Part shown: positions 43,531-52,999 of the stretch, piece by piece
Numbering within the stretch: position 1 is the stretch's first letter
Layout: every line of letters begins with the position of its first letter
IMG/VR virus record: IMGVR_UViG_3300042880_000420
Coordinates: 32,001-96,000 of that record
Reading direction: 5' to 3' (one strand)
Source of the DNA: a virus
DNA length: 64,000 bases
The notes under the pieces: model-generated
Database searches by the model: none
Told to the model about the DNA's origin: nothing
The model's input: only the letters and a program-made list of their open reading frames with translations
Translations under genes and position numbers: made by a program

Positions 43531-46500
43531 TTAAGATAAGATTCCCATATTGCGAAGTTGTGTTATTGCTTGCCCTATTGTATAGCCGTCGAAAGTATCT
43601 AAGTCAATTGAGCCATTATTTGTATAAGTTGCAGCAGCCATAGCAGTAGTTCCTTGTATAGTTGGTACAGCATTGTACAAACCAATTTTGTTATCGCCTT
43701 TTACACAAAGTACATCTCTAGAATTATTTGAAAGTTTTAAAAGCGTGTCATTTGCGTTGTTTCGACTTATAGCTTCAATAGCTCTGTAGTCAGCTGCCGA
43801 TGTCAAAGTTGGAAGTATATACATACCACGTGTGATCCCATCAGCGGTTCCTGTTTGATTAATGGTTGTTGTAATTTGTATAGAATTTCTTTGCCAAGAC
43901 CCTGATGTAGGAGAGTATGACCCTGCGACTGAAAGTGCTGCTAAATTACTTGCATGCCCAAGCCAATTAGCCCCTCTTATCGTTACTGTTGGATTAACAC
44001 CATCTTGTACCCAAACTGTATAACCTCTATCAAATCTAGTTTCGCCGGTAGACCAAGTATATGAAAAGCCACCACCCGTAATATTCCCAAAAGATAGATT
44101 TCCATTATTAGCAACTGTAAATAAACTAGTTGGTGTAGCGTTTTGTAACAAAAATACATTCCCAGTAGATGCTGAATTTCCTTTACCATGAATAGTAGCT
44201 GTAGGAACCGAATATTCAAAGTCACCAACTGCAAACATATCACCATGAAATTTACCTGCAAAAGTTGGATTTACAGCACCTCTGTTTGTAGAAAATTCTA
44301 AAGTAGCATTTGTGGTATCGTAGTAACGACTTCTTACTCTCACAGTTAAAGCAGCTCCAAGAGTACTGTGAGTTACCAAAAATCCCATACCTGCGTAGTT
44401 AGTAGTAGCATAAGTACCACTATTTGAGGTAAGCATTAAATTATTTAGATTTCCGTTGGACACTATATAAAAAGCTCCATTATTACTATTAGCTGCGCCT
44501 GCATAAGTCGTAGCAAATGAATAAGGACTTATACTTGTATCTGTAGCAATTATTCTACCACTAGTACTTTCCCACGCATTATGAGTTCCTAATACTGATG
44601 TTAAAGTTGGATTATAGTAAATTCCACGTACAGTACCATTTGCTGTACCTGTTTGGTTGATGATACCTGAAACGCGCAAGCTTGTAAAATTTGCATTGCC
44701 ACTTGTAGGCTGCCATATAGCATTCCCAGTACTTACATGTAGTCCATTAATTGTTCCTGAAGTTGGATTCGAATTAGTCCAAATTGTAGCAGCAGTAACA
44801 TTATCTCCTGAAACCATTACTCGACCAATTAAACTTAAACCTTGTTCTCCTATTCCTGTTTCAATTCTCCAAGTCCTAAATCTTCCATCTGATGTAATAA
44901 TAGCGACCCCCAGGGAAGAGTGATAAATATTTTGGTCATTATCTATTTTAAATATATTAGTAGGTGTACTATTTTGTACTAAAAATGCAGTGCCTGTACT
45001 AGCGCTATCACCTCTAACGTGTAAACGAGCAGATGGAGTAGTTGAAAATCCTATACCCCAACCATTATCTCTAGAAAAAGTACCTATTGCTTGATTATTT
45101 GTAAGAACGACTATCTTATCGTAAGTTGCAAATGAAGCTTGAAACCCTGTAGTTCTACTGCTACCTTGGTCTCCGGCTAAGTTTAAATAATTAGCTGCTT
45201 TTAGTCCTATATCACCATCCGCATATAATTTTTGAGTTGGGTTAGTAGTTCCTATACTTACATTCCCATTTTCAATAATTCGCATAGCTTCTACAGAATT
45301 TGTAGTATTATTTGAGCTAGTATGAAAACGTATATTGGTATAACCTAAAGAGCCAATACCACCTAAGTATAAAATATTTTGCGATAGATTAATCACAGAA
45401 GTTAAGGTGTTTATAAAACCAACTGAATTAGTATACGATTGAGTAGTAAGGTAAAATTCTTTAACCGTATTATCAGATAGTGTAGTTTGGGCTAACATGT
45501 TTCCAACTAAATGCAAAGCTTGTGAAGGTGTAGTAGTACCTATACCTACTTTTGTAGCCAAAAGGGTATCTAAAGCAAGGTTTCCTAAAGTAGTACTAAT
45601 CTGGCCTTGATATATTCCCCAAGTATTTGCTGCGTGTCTGCCGAAAGCAACATCAGAACTTGCACTGTTATAAAAACCACTGCCAGAGTTACCTGCAAAT
45701 ATTCTACCATTACCGTTCATCCAGATATTAGCACCAAATCCAGGACCACTACCTGATGTGCTTGAATCAGATATAAGAAGTCCAATACTTGTAGCTCCTG
45801 TATTACCAATTTTAAGTCCTTTAAATATGCTAACACTACCACCACCTCTAAATTCAGCTTCTCCATTATTGAACTGCTCAAATAAAGTTGTAGGTGTAGA
45901 GTTTCTAAATACTACAGCAGAACCAGTACTAGCAGATGCACCTTGTACAGCTAACCTAGCCAAATCAGATGTAGTACCTATAGAAACATTACCACCACTA
46001 CCAAACATTCTCATTCTCTCTACACCACCAGCCATAAGTAAGTAATTCATACCACCCATGTCGCCTGAATATGTATTAGGTGTCGAACCGCTAGTTATTC
46101 CAAATTCACCGTATGTATTCCCATTAGCTCCAATATACCGTATCATAGTTCCAAAAGAAACATCGTTTTGTCGTATAGCTACAGGAACAGTACTTGCTCC
46201 TGTTTTTACAATATGTAATTGGTATAACGGATTAGATGTGCCTATACCTATTCTATTAGCAAATAAATTATTAGCTCCTAAATCTACATTAGCAGTTGCA
46301 CCTGTATACGGTACATATCCAGTTAAATTAGATGTTAATGCTATAGTTCCAGCAGTATCAGGTAATGTATATATTCTATCTGCTGTATTAGTATTAGTAA
46401 AAGATGCGTTAAACGTATTCGCTACGTTTCTTAATAAAAATGTTGTATCTAAAAATGTTTTAGCTCCTAAATTAGTTTGTACAAAGGCTAACTTCATATC

Positions 46501-46617
46501 TCCTTTTGTATCAGCATATGCTTTAACTGCTTTTTGTGAAGGTACAAGTAAATCACTATCAGCAGATAATAGTGGATCAGTATCTATAGGTACCCCTCTT
46601 GTAGTTCCTTGTGCCAA
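43531..46617 (-). CDS. Tail fibre / receptor-binding protein (TTG start)
   Basis: G/S/T/N-rich; repeated GNVSIGTT / VGIGTTTP units, YVPYTGATANVDLG motif, N-terminal SDLLVPSQKAVKAYAD. Confidence 0.8.
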   Translation of the reverse strand: MAQGTTRGVPIDTDPLLSADSDLLVPSQKAVKAYADTKGDMKLAFVQTNLGAKTFLDTTFLLRNVANTFNASFTNTNTADRIYTLPDTAGTIALTSNLTGYVPYTGATANVDLGANNLFANRIGIGTSNPLYQLHIVKTGASTVPVAIRQNDVSFGTMIRYIGANGNTYGEFGITSGSTPNTYSGDMGGMNYLLMAGGVERMRMFGSGGNVSIGTTSDLARLAVQGASASTGSAVVFRNSTPTTLFEQFNNGEAEFRGGGSVSIFKGLKIGNTGATSIGLLISDSSTSGSGPGFGANIWMNGNGRIFAGNSGSGFYNSASSDVAFGRHAANTWGIYQGQISTTLGNLALDTLLATKVGIGTTTPSQALHLVGNMLAQTTLSDNTVKEFYLTTQSYTNSVGFINTLTSVINLSQNILYLGGIGSLGYTNIRFHTSSNNTTNSVEAMRIIENGNVSIGTTNPTQKLYADGDIGLKAANYLNLAGDQGSSRTTGFQASFATYDKIVVLTNNQAIGTFSRDNGWGIGFSTTPSARLHVRGDSASTGTAFLVQNSTPTNIFKIDNDQNIYHSSLGVAIITSDGRFRTWRIETGIGEQGLSLIGRVMVSGDNVTAATIWTNSNPTSGTINGLHVSTGNAIWQPTSGNANFTSLRVSGIINQTGTANGTVRGIYYNPTLTSVLGTHNAWESTSGRIIATDTSISPYSFATTYAGAANSNNGAFYIVSNGNLNNLMLTSNSGTYATTNYAGMGFLVTHSTLGAALTVRVRSRYYDTTNATLEFSTNRGAVNPTFAGKFHGDMFAVGDFEYSVPTATIHGKGNSASTGNVFLLQNATPTSLFTVANNGNLSFGNITGGGFSYTWSTGETRFDRGYTVWVQDGVNPTVTIRGANWLGHASNLAALSVAGSYSPTSGSWQRNSIQITTTINQTGTADGITRGMYILPTLTSAADYRAIEAISRNNANDTLLKLSNNSRDVLCVKGDNKIGLYNAVPTIQGTTAMAAATYTNNGSIDLDTFDGYTIGQAITQLRNMGILS

Positions 46618-47249
46618 AATATTTTAATTTAAGTTGTTAATAATCTGCTGAAATGTTGATATTAAATTTATTTCTTCGTTTCTTTTTTTTGGATGATGTT
46701 TTTTGCACAAACATATTCCATTATTTATATCATATCTTAATTCAGGGTAATCTTTCCATGATAATATATGATGAGATTCTAATCTTCCTTCACAATCTAA
46801 ATTATTAATCTTACATTTCCAATCATCTCTTTTCTTTACTGAAATACTCCATTCTCCATGTAATTGACCTCCACGTTCTTTAATATCATCTTTTAATTTT
46901 GTTCTATCTTCTATCCATTGATATGCTTTTTCTTTTGTGTATTTACCTGTTAATGTTTTAGATATTTTTTCTTTAACATGATTAGGAACAGAAAATCCTT
47001 TTCTAACTTTTCTTGATTTTGCAGTACAACTTCTAGAACAATATTTAGGATTTTTATTTGATGAAGTGTAATTATTTCCACAACAAATACAAATATATTC
47101 TTTAGTAAAATAAGCTCCTTTATTTTTTACATTTTTGTTAGAATTACTTATTTTTTGTTTATGCTCTTCAGTTAATTTATGTCCTTTGGTATGAGTGTTT
47201 CCATTCAACCAATAATATTTTTTAATAAATTCTGCTGTTCCTTGTGCCA
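46604..47249. repeat. 13-bp direct repeat flanking the HNH insertion
   Basis: GTTCCTTGTGCCA at 46604-46616 and 47237-47249 (minus strand TGGCACAAGGAAC), covering the first codons of both the HNH and the tail-fibre genes. Confidence 0.85.
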
Positions 47250-47250
47250 T
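46624..47250 (-). mobile_element. Free-standing HNH homing endonuclease with NUMOD3-like motifs
   Basis: KGHKLTEEHKQKISNS and HVKEKISKTLTGK (NUMOD3); zinc finger CICCG...YCSRSC; RDDWKC...LESHHILSW...NNGICLCKKHH HNH core. Confidence 0.85.
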
Positions 47251-47261
47251 GTTTTTTTTTA

Positions 47262-48503
47262 TTATCTACTTACTTCTTCCCAATCCATTGATGCAACAAG
47301 AGTATCATTAGCACCATCAGATGCTACTATTAATGTTAACTCATAAGGTGTTGATGATAAACTATTTCTTTCTAATTGAAATTTAAAAAGTGCATCTTTT
47401 AAAATGTCTACTTGATTTTTTGATTGGTTACTTTCACTAAAAAATCCACTTCCAAGTATTCTTCCTCCTGAAAAACTAGTTCCTGTTATATTATATTCTA
47501 CAGAAGAATTTGTTCCTGCACTTACCCAAGAACCACCTGTAGTAGCTCCTGTTCCTACAAGTTGCCAATTATAATTACCTGTAGTAATTGGTAATATAGA
47601 TAATGCAGAAGGAATTACTACAGCGTCTAATCTTGTAGATTTAAGACGTAAACTTATTATAGGATAAAATGTTCCTGATGTTCCTAATGTTCTTGGTGTA
47701 TTAACAGGAATTCCAATAGCTTGTTGTGATCCATTAAGTTCATACCCCCCTTCAGATAATACAGTAGAACATATTTGTTTTAATGTACTTGCCCCACTTG
47801 TAATTCCTGTATTTGTTATTTCATATCTTAATGGTAAAGAAGCTGTAGTAATATATGTAGATGCAATTATGTTAGCATGATGAAAGTTATGACAAACATA
47901 AAAATTACCATTTATAACAAAACCTATTCTAACTGTTCCCACTCCTAACCACTCAAGATCCATAAATAAAATCTGAGATTTTGTTAAATCAAGTGTTATT
48001 CCACTAGGACCTGTTCCATTCATAGGATCAACATTCCAACTTGATTGAGCAACAGGTGTATTTACTAATGCACCTGAAACTGAAGTTCTTTCAACAAAAC
48101 TAACTGTACTATCATTTTGTTCTAAATAATAACCATTAGCTGCTCCATAATATCCAATTCTTTGTCTAAGGTTAGTTTTAGCAGGGCTCATTACAAAAGT
48201 ACTAAGTACTAACAAACTTTTACCAGGTTGGTATGAAAATACTTTAAAAGTCTCTCTAACAACTTCAGAACCTGATGCTGTTGTTACAGCAAGGTCAACT
48301 AATCCTTGAGCAGAATTAAATGTTGCTGTTCCACTTGTAGCAGTGGCTGTAGCCCACAACCCATTATCTGCATATCTATGACTAGAGTCAAACAATGTAA
48401 ATGGTTCACTAACTCTTAATCTACCAAATGCATCTATGTTAGGAGAGTTTGCATATGAGATAGCTGGACTTATTATACTATATCCTGAATAATTCTGTGC
48501 CAT
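47262..48503 (-). CDS. Virion structural / fibre-tip protein
   Basis: DAFGRLRVSEPFTLFDSSHRY...FSYQPGKSLL...DLEWLGVGTVRIGFVI: family common in aquatic phages. Confidence 0.6.
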   Translation of the reverse strand: MAQNYSGYSIISPAISYANSPNIDAFGRLRVSEPFTLFDSSHRYADNGLWATATATSGTATFNSAQGLVDLAVTTASGSEVVRETFKVFSYQPGKSLLVLSTFVMSPAKTNLRQRIGYYGAANGYYLEQNDSTVSFVERTSVSGALVNTPVAQSSWNVDPMNGTGPSGITLDLTKSQILFMDLEWLGVGTVRIGFVINGNFYVCHNFHHANIIASTYITTASLPLRYEITNTGITSGASTLKQICSTVLSEGGYELNGSQQAIGIPVNTPRTLGTSGTFYPIISLRLKSTRLDAVVIPSALSILPITTGNYNWQLVGTGATTGGSWVSAGTNSSVEYNITGTSFSGGRILGSGFFSESNQSKNQVDILKDALFKFQLERNSLSSTPYELTLIVASDGANDTLVASMDWEEVSR

Positions 48504-48505
48504 AA

Positions 48506-48835
48506 TTAACTAATTTCTGTACCCCAAACTTGAAATGATAGGCTACTGTTTCCTGAATAAATTCTTATTTTATCTGTAGTTGCAAGTGTTACACCTATTG
48601 TAGCAATGAATGTATCATTACCAGCTAACGTTACATCATAGTAAAGATAGTCTTTATTAGATGTTGCTGCGCCTGCTTCTGATATAGAAATTCTAAATGT
48701 TGTTTGTGAACTTCCTCTATTACATACGGATAAAGAACTACATACAGTTGATGTAGCAGAAGGAACAGTATACAAATCTGTTTCCGTTGTTGCTGATGGA
48801 CTACTTTGTCCTAATATTTTATATACGTTACCCAT
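48506..48835 (-). CDS. Small beta-sandwich fibre accessory protein
   Basis: YKILGQSSPSATTETDLYTVP...SFQVWGTEI; family seen next to fibres ending in FLLMGA. Confidence 0.5.
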   Translation of the reverse strand: MGNVYKILGQSSPSATTETDLYTVPSATSTVCSSLSVCNRGSSQTTFRISISEAGAATSNKDYLYYDVTLAGNDTFIATIGVTLATTDKIRIYSGNSSLSFQVWGTEIS

Positions 48836-48839
48836 AATT

Positions 48840-49085
48840 TTATGCTCCCATTAATAAAAAGTTTTGTTCAAAACCTGCTGCATTGCTTCCTGCTGAAATC
48901 CAAGCTGTACCATTCCATATAAATAATGCTAATAATGTTGTATCAAAAACTATATATCCTTTATCAGATGTAGTTAAACTTAATGCATTTCTTTGTGTAG
49001 TAGTTAAATTATATATTCTACCTGCTTTGATTTCATTTGAATCAAGGTCAAGATTATGATAATATTTTTTGTCTATATTTGGCAT
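48840..49085 (-). CDS. Short fibre-type protein
   Basis: LTTTQRNALSL...GYIVFDTTL..LFIWNGTAW fibre repeat; ends in FLLMGA. Confidence 0.5.
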   Translation of the reverse strand: MPNIDKKYYHNLDLDSNEIKAGRIYNLTTTQRNALSLTTSDKGYIVFDTTLLALFIWNGTAWISAGSNAAGFEQNFLLMGA

Positions 49086-49693
49086 TATGATAAATAAGCA
49101 TAACCTGAAACAGGTTCTGAAAAAGTTATTTGTAAAATAGATGTAGTTGCATCTGTAACCACTCCAGAAATTTCATTACCAGATACATCAGTAATAAGAA
49201 CATTAGGTACAAACCCAAGATTATGAGAAATATTCCACACAGCAGAAGCAGTAGGAATATAGTACTGATACGAACCATTATTTATTGTTATATTAGGATT
49301 TATGTTAATTCTTGTACAGCATCCACCAACATTAACATCTACAATATTTACATTTCCATCTCCTGTTGGATAAGAAAAACCTAAATCACAACATGGTATA
49401 ATTGGACCACCAGAACATGTTTGACCAGCTGTTGTAAATCCACCAATATATGCTGCGGGATTTCCATTAAATGTAACAGGCAACCAAGACATATATGCTA
49501 CACTAACTTGTGTAAGTGCACCTGCATCTTCGTTTTCAGCCCATTTTAAAATTTCATACCTAAGATTAGCCAAATCACAATCAATAGGAGATTTTGCACA
49601 TTGAATTCCATACTGGTCATATTTATATTTTTCAACCATGCATTCTGCAAAATTTTCTTTGTAGACATCTTTATATAAAAGTACATTGCTCAT
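49085..49693 (-). CDS. Structural protein (possible tail hub/fibre adaptor)
   Basis: C-terminal WNISHNLGFVPNV...ITFSEPVSGYAYLS module; position after the auxiliary capsid gene. Confidence 0.45.
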   Translation of the reverse strand: MSNVLLYKDVYKENFAECMVEKYKYDQYGIQCAKSPIDCDLANLRYEILKWAENEDAGALTQVSVAYMSWLPVTFNGNPAAYIGGFTTAGQTCSGGPIIPCCDLGFSYPTGDGNVNIVDVNVGGCCTRININPNITINNGSYQYYIPTASAVWNISHNLGFVPNVLITDVSGNEISGVVTDATTSILQITFSEPVSGYAYLS

Positions 49694-49695
49694 TA

Positions 49696-49836
49696 TTAGT
49701 TTGAATTATTTGTTTGTACAGCCAAGTTTTGTTCGTAAGAAGTAACACATGTGCTGCACACTTGTTTTCCATCTGATGCTGTTCTAACTTGACAAGAACA
49801 ATTAATTGATGTACCGCAGTTTTGACATGTTCTCAT
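49696..49836 (-). CDS. 46-aa Cys-rich (zinc-finger-like) protein, not in the ORF track
   Basis: Manual translation MRTCQNCGTSINCSCQVRTASDGKQVCSTCVTSYEQNLAVQTNNSN; fills the gap exactly between two genes. Confidence 0.7.
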   Translation of the reverse strand: MRTCQNCGTSINCSCQVRTASDGKQVCSTCVTSYEQNLAVQTNNSN

Positions 49837-49837
49837 A

Positions 49838-50425
49838 TTAATATTGGTTTTTGTGACAATCTTTACATCCTCCTATATATTTATCAAGTCGTTTTTTAGC
49901 ATATGTTAATAATTCCATAGCTAAATTAGGATCGTGACAATCTTCTGCTTTTACTTTTGCCGCATCAAAATAAGATTTAATTAACCTTAATTCGTTTAAT
50001 CTTGCTCTTATTTCTACAGGGGGTTCACACGTTGCTAATTCAAGTTTACATAATTGTTGATTATAAACATTATAAGTTTGTGTCAATCTTAAATGATAAT
50101 ATTCAACATAAACTTGATCGTTAGGACTTACAGAATATTTAATTTTATAAATACCATCAGGTAATGCAGGTGCTTGTGGAGTACAATTACCAGAAATAAT
50201 TCCTAAAGTACAAGCATTTAACACCAAATTAAATGATGCCATACCGCTACTAGCATATGTTGTAACATCTATTTCAGCTGGTTCTGTAAATCCAGGAGAA
50301 GTAATTTGTAATGTAGCACATTTAACATCAAGTCCTTGTTGGTAAATACTTGCATCAACAACTCTAAAAATGCTTACATTATTAGTTTCGGGAATATCTA
50401 AATACAATTGATGTTGTGCTGGCAT
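49838..50425 (-). CDS. Structural protein (possible tail hub subunit)
   Basis: LPDGIYKIKYSVSPN Ig-like strand followed by a helical C-terminus; synteny with crAss-like tail hub genes. Confidence 0.45.
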   Translation of the reverse strand: MPAQHQLYLDIPETNNVSIFRVVDASIYQQGLDVKCATLQITSPGFTEPAEIDVTTYASSGMASFNLVLNACTLGIISGNCTPQAPALPDGIYKIKYSVSPNDQVYVEYYHLRLTQTYNVYNQQLCKLELATCEPPVEIRARLNELRLIKSYFDAAKVKAEDCHDPNLAMELLTYAKKRLDKYIGGCKDCHKNQY

Positions 50426-50438
50426 ATATTACTAAGTT

Positions 50439-50476
50439 TACATTTAAAATATACTGATTTTTTTTGTATTCTGCAA
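50439..50476 (-). promoter_or_regulatory. Putative late promoter
   Basis: TTG-N20-TATATTTTAAATGTA directly after the terminator at 50479-50512. Confidence 0.5.
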
Positions 50477-50478
50477 AT

Positions 50479-50512
50479 AAAAAAAAAGAGAGGAATAAAT
50501 CCTCTCTTTTTT
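50479..50512 (-). terminator. Rho-independent terminator after the auxiliary capsid gene
   Basis: GAGAGGA-5 nt-TCCTCTC stem flanked by A/T runs; U-tract on the minus strand. Confidence 0.8.
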
Positions 50513-50528
50513 ATTTTTTAAGATATTA

Positions 50529-52439
50529 TTAATAAACCTCAACAGGAACTACAGCAGCAGCAGCTGATATTGTAGCACCAGAAGCACCATTTGCAATATT
50601 TGCAGCAGAAGCGATATAGTCACCAATAAGAGATGAACCACTATTAGTAATTGTTGAAAGCTTACCAGCACTAGTCGTTGTACTTGCAAAGAAAGAACTT
50701 AATCCAACTGCTTGTGGAACAGCAATTTCAATTAAGTATTGATCATTATCAAATACACCAGTAGGATTATTCCAACGAGGTACATTGTGAAGTATGCAAA
50801 GCTTGTTGTACAAACCATTTCTGTTTGCAACGCTTAACATATTAAGTACACCAGGATTTGCTTCAATTTCTCTCATACGGAAAGTATCAATGTTGATACC
50901 ATCACCAAATGCTTCTTGACGATATCTACCAGTAAGAATCAAATCACGAAGTACAGTTTCACCAACACCTTGAGCTTGTTGAGCAGCTTGTACTTCAGTA
51001 GCAATACCTGCAACACCAATGTTCGGAGAAGAACCAATACAAGTAGTTAAACAAGGATCACCAGCATCATCCATAACAGAAGCAATAATCTTAAGAGGCT
51101 CAAGATCATAGTTATCAGTTACAGTGAAAGTGCTGTTACCAAACTTAGTTTCTACATAAGCAGCAGTTAATTCCAAGAAACAATCAGTAGTAAATGTAGC
51201 AGCATCAGCATCTGCAACATAAACATGAGCAGCACTAGTAGAAGCTAAAGTAGTAGCAAGAGCACCTATAGTAGCACCAGTAGCAGTACCTGTAGGAAGA
51301 GCTTGAGTATTAGTAGCAGGAATATAAGTAGCTTGACCTACATAAGTAGGTTGTACACCAGTGCCTACAACTGTATTAAAGAAAGTGGTAGTACCACCGT
51401 TAGCACCATACAAATCATTATATGATTTAAATGTACCAGTAACTAATGATGGAGCAGTAGATTGAGTAGGCCATGAAATTGTACAAGTAGCAGAAACAGT
51501 AAGAACACCAGATAATGCAGGAGCTACAATTTGTGTAGGATATGTAATTGTATAAGATGTTGTAGAACTATAAGCAGATATATAAGAACCTACTGGAAAA
51601 CCAGCACCAGTAACAGCAGAACCCAATGTAACAGCACCTGATAATGTATTACCAGAAGTTACAGTATATGTAGATGTTGTTGCAGTACCGCCCGCACCTA
51701 CTGTAGCAGTAGCAGTAGCAGTAACAGCAGTAACAAAACTATTTATAGGCATGTTTGTACCAGTAATTCTTTGACCTACAGCAACACCAGAGGTATTGGT
51801 AGTATTAAAGGTAAATGTAGTACCTGTTGTAGTAGGAGAGCCTATACCAGAAATAATAACATTTCCTTTAAATTTGTAAGCTCTAGCTTGCACCATTTGA
51901 TTAAAATAAGCAGAAGTATTAATTTGCTCTTTCCAATCAACAATAGTAGCAACAGGATCTTTTACAAAAGTAGGATTTGTAGTGTTGCAACAACCAGTGT
52001 AGCTATCAAGCACACGATAGATGTTGTGAGACAAGAAACGTAAAGCAGGACTACCTTTAACATCTACACGAAGACGATAAGTAGTATCGCAAGTTAAACC
52101 ACAACTTACAGGAATCTGAACAACCTGTTGTACAGGAGCTTTAGCACCAACCCAAAAAATACGGCTAATATATTTTGGATTAATAAGCTTTGATTTTACA
52201 GATTCTTGATAACCACCATGGCTTCCAATAGTATCAGAATATCCACTAGATTTGTAATAAGAACCTTGTACAATGTAGAAAGGTTGTGTAGTTGCAGCAG
52301 CAGCATAAGTAACTGCGGCATAACTACTATTATACAATCCAATTTGACCAGCTGTTAATCCAGATGTTGCTGTAGCAGTGCTTGGTGAAAAAGGACTAGT
52401 CCCTAAAAGAGACATTTTAAAGGCGTGACTAAAATACAT
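50529..52439 (-). CDS. Auxiliary capsid-type structural protein with T/A/G-rich insertion
   Basis: Codon usage like the MCP, own promoter and terminator; TYRLRVDVKGSPALRF and LHNVPRWNNPTGVFDNDQYLIEI segments; position matches the crAss-like auxiliary capsid gene. Confidence 0.55.
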   Translation of the reverse strand: MYFSHAFKMSLLGTSPFSPSTATATSGLTAGQIGLYNSSYAAVTYAAAATTQPFYIVQGSYYKSSGYSDTIGSHGGYQESVKSKLINPKYISRIFWVGAKAPVQQVVQIPVSCGLTCDTTYRLRVDVKGSPALRFLSHNIYRVLDSYTGCCNTTNPTFVKDPVATIVDWKEQINTSAYFNQMVQARAYKFKGNVIISGIGSPTTTGTTFTFNTTNTSGVAVGQRITGTNMPINSFVTAVTATATATVGAGGTATTSTYTVTSGNTLSGAVTLGSAVTGAGFPVGSYISAYSSTTSYTITYPTQIVAPALSGVLTVSATCTISWPTQSTAPSLVTGTFKSYNDLYGANGGTTTFFNTVVGTGVQPTYVGQATYIPATNTQALPTGTATGATIGALATTLASTSAAHVYVADADAATFTTDCFLELTAAYVETKFGNSTFTVTDNYDLEPLKIIASVMDDAGDPCLTTCIGSSPNIGVAGIATEVQAAQQAQGVGETVLRDLILTGRYRQEAFGDGINIDTFRMREIEANPGVLNMLSVANRNGLYNKLCILHNVPRWNNPTGVFDNDQYLIEIAVPQAVGLSSFFASTTTSAGKLSTITNSGSSLIGDYIASAANIANGASGATISAAAAVVPVEVY

Positions 52440-52477
52440 AGTTTTAAATTTTAATTGTTAATAAATAAATAAATGTT

Positions 52478-52515
52478 TATAAGAATAATATATGAAATTG
52501 ATTTAAATTTTCCAA
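52478..52515 (-). promoter_or_regulatory. Putative late promoter
   Basis: TTG-N20-TATATTATTCTTATA upstream of 52439. Confidence 0.45.
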
Positions 52516-52517
52516 AT

Positions 52518-52979
52518 TTATTTTAGGAAAATAAGTTTATATTTAATTGAGTTAATTGTACTCTTAATATTATCAAGGTCATTGATAATTTCAGAATATG
52601 GCATTTTAGATTGAAGACCGTTTACCATACTGTAGATTTCTCTAAGATAATTAATACCATCATTTACAGATTCAAGCATTCTAGGCGCAGAATCTGTACA
52701 TTCTAATAGTTTTTCAGCTGCACCTTGAAATCCTTCAGCAATAGTATCAGCATGGTCAGGAAGCGCATCATATAGTTCATTAAGAGCTGTATGAGAAGCA
52801 TGAGAACCAATACCTGTCACTTTAAGATGAAGTTTATGAAAACTAACAGCAGCGTTCATAAGTTCAGATACACATGCAGCTGCCATCTTTTCTAAAGAAG
52901 AACCGGTAGGTGCTCCAGAATATTCAGCAGTTTTACTAGGACTACTACTAAAAATGTTTGTTCTAGATATTTTTTGCAT
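52518..52979 (-). CDS. Ferritin/Dps-like protein (DUF5856-like)
   Basis: FHKLHLKVTG...SHTALNELYDAL.DHADTIAEGFQG...KYKL: Dps-type ferroxidase helices. Confidence 0.75.
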   Translation of the reverse strand: MQKISRTNIFSSSPSKTAEYSGAPTGSSLEKMAAACVSELMNAAVSFHKLHLKVTGIGSHASHTALNELYDALPDHADTIAEGFQGAAEKLLECTDSAPRMLESVNDGINYLREIYSMVNGLQSKMPYSEIINDLDNIKSTINSIKYKLIFLK

Positions 52980-52999
52980 TTTATTATGTTTTATATATA

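Noticed and set aside
46058-46627. 189-aa plus-strand ORF
   Set aside because: Antisense to the tail fibre, with the P/V/L-rich composition expected from reverse-complemented Gly/Thr/Asn codons; no motif.
46618-47250. Group I intron around the HNH gene
   Set aside because: The HNH ORF fills essentially the whole insertion, leaving no evident room for a ribozyme core; treated as a free-standing endonuclease.
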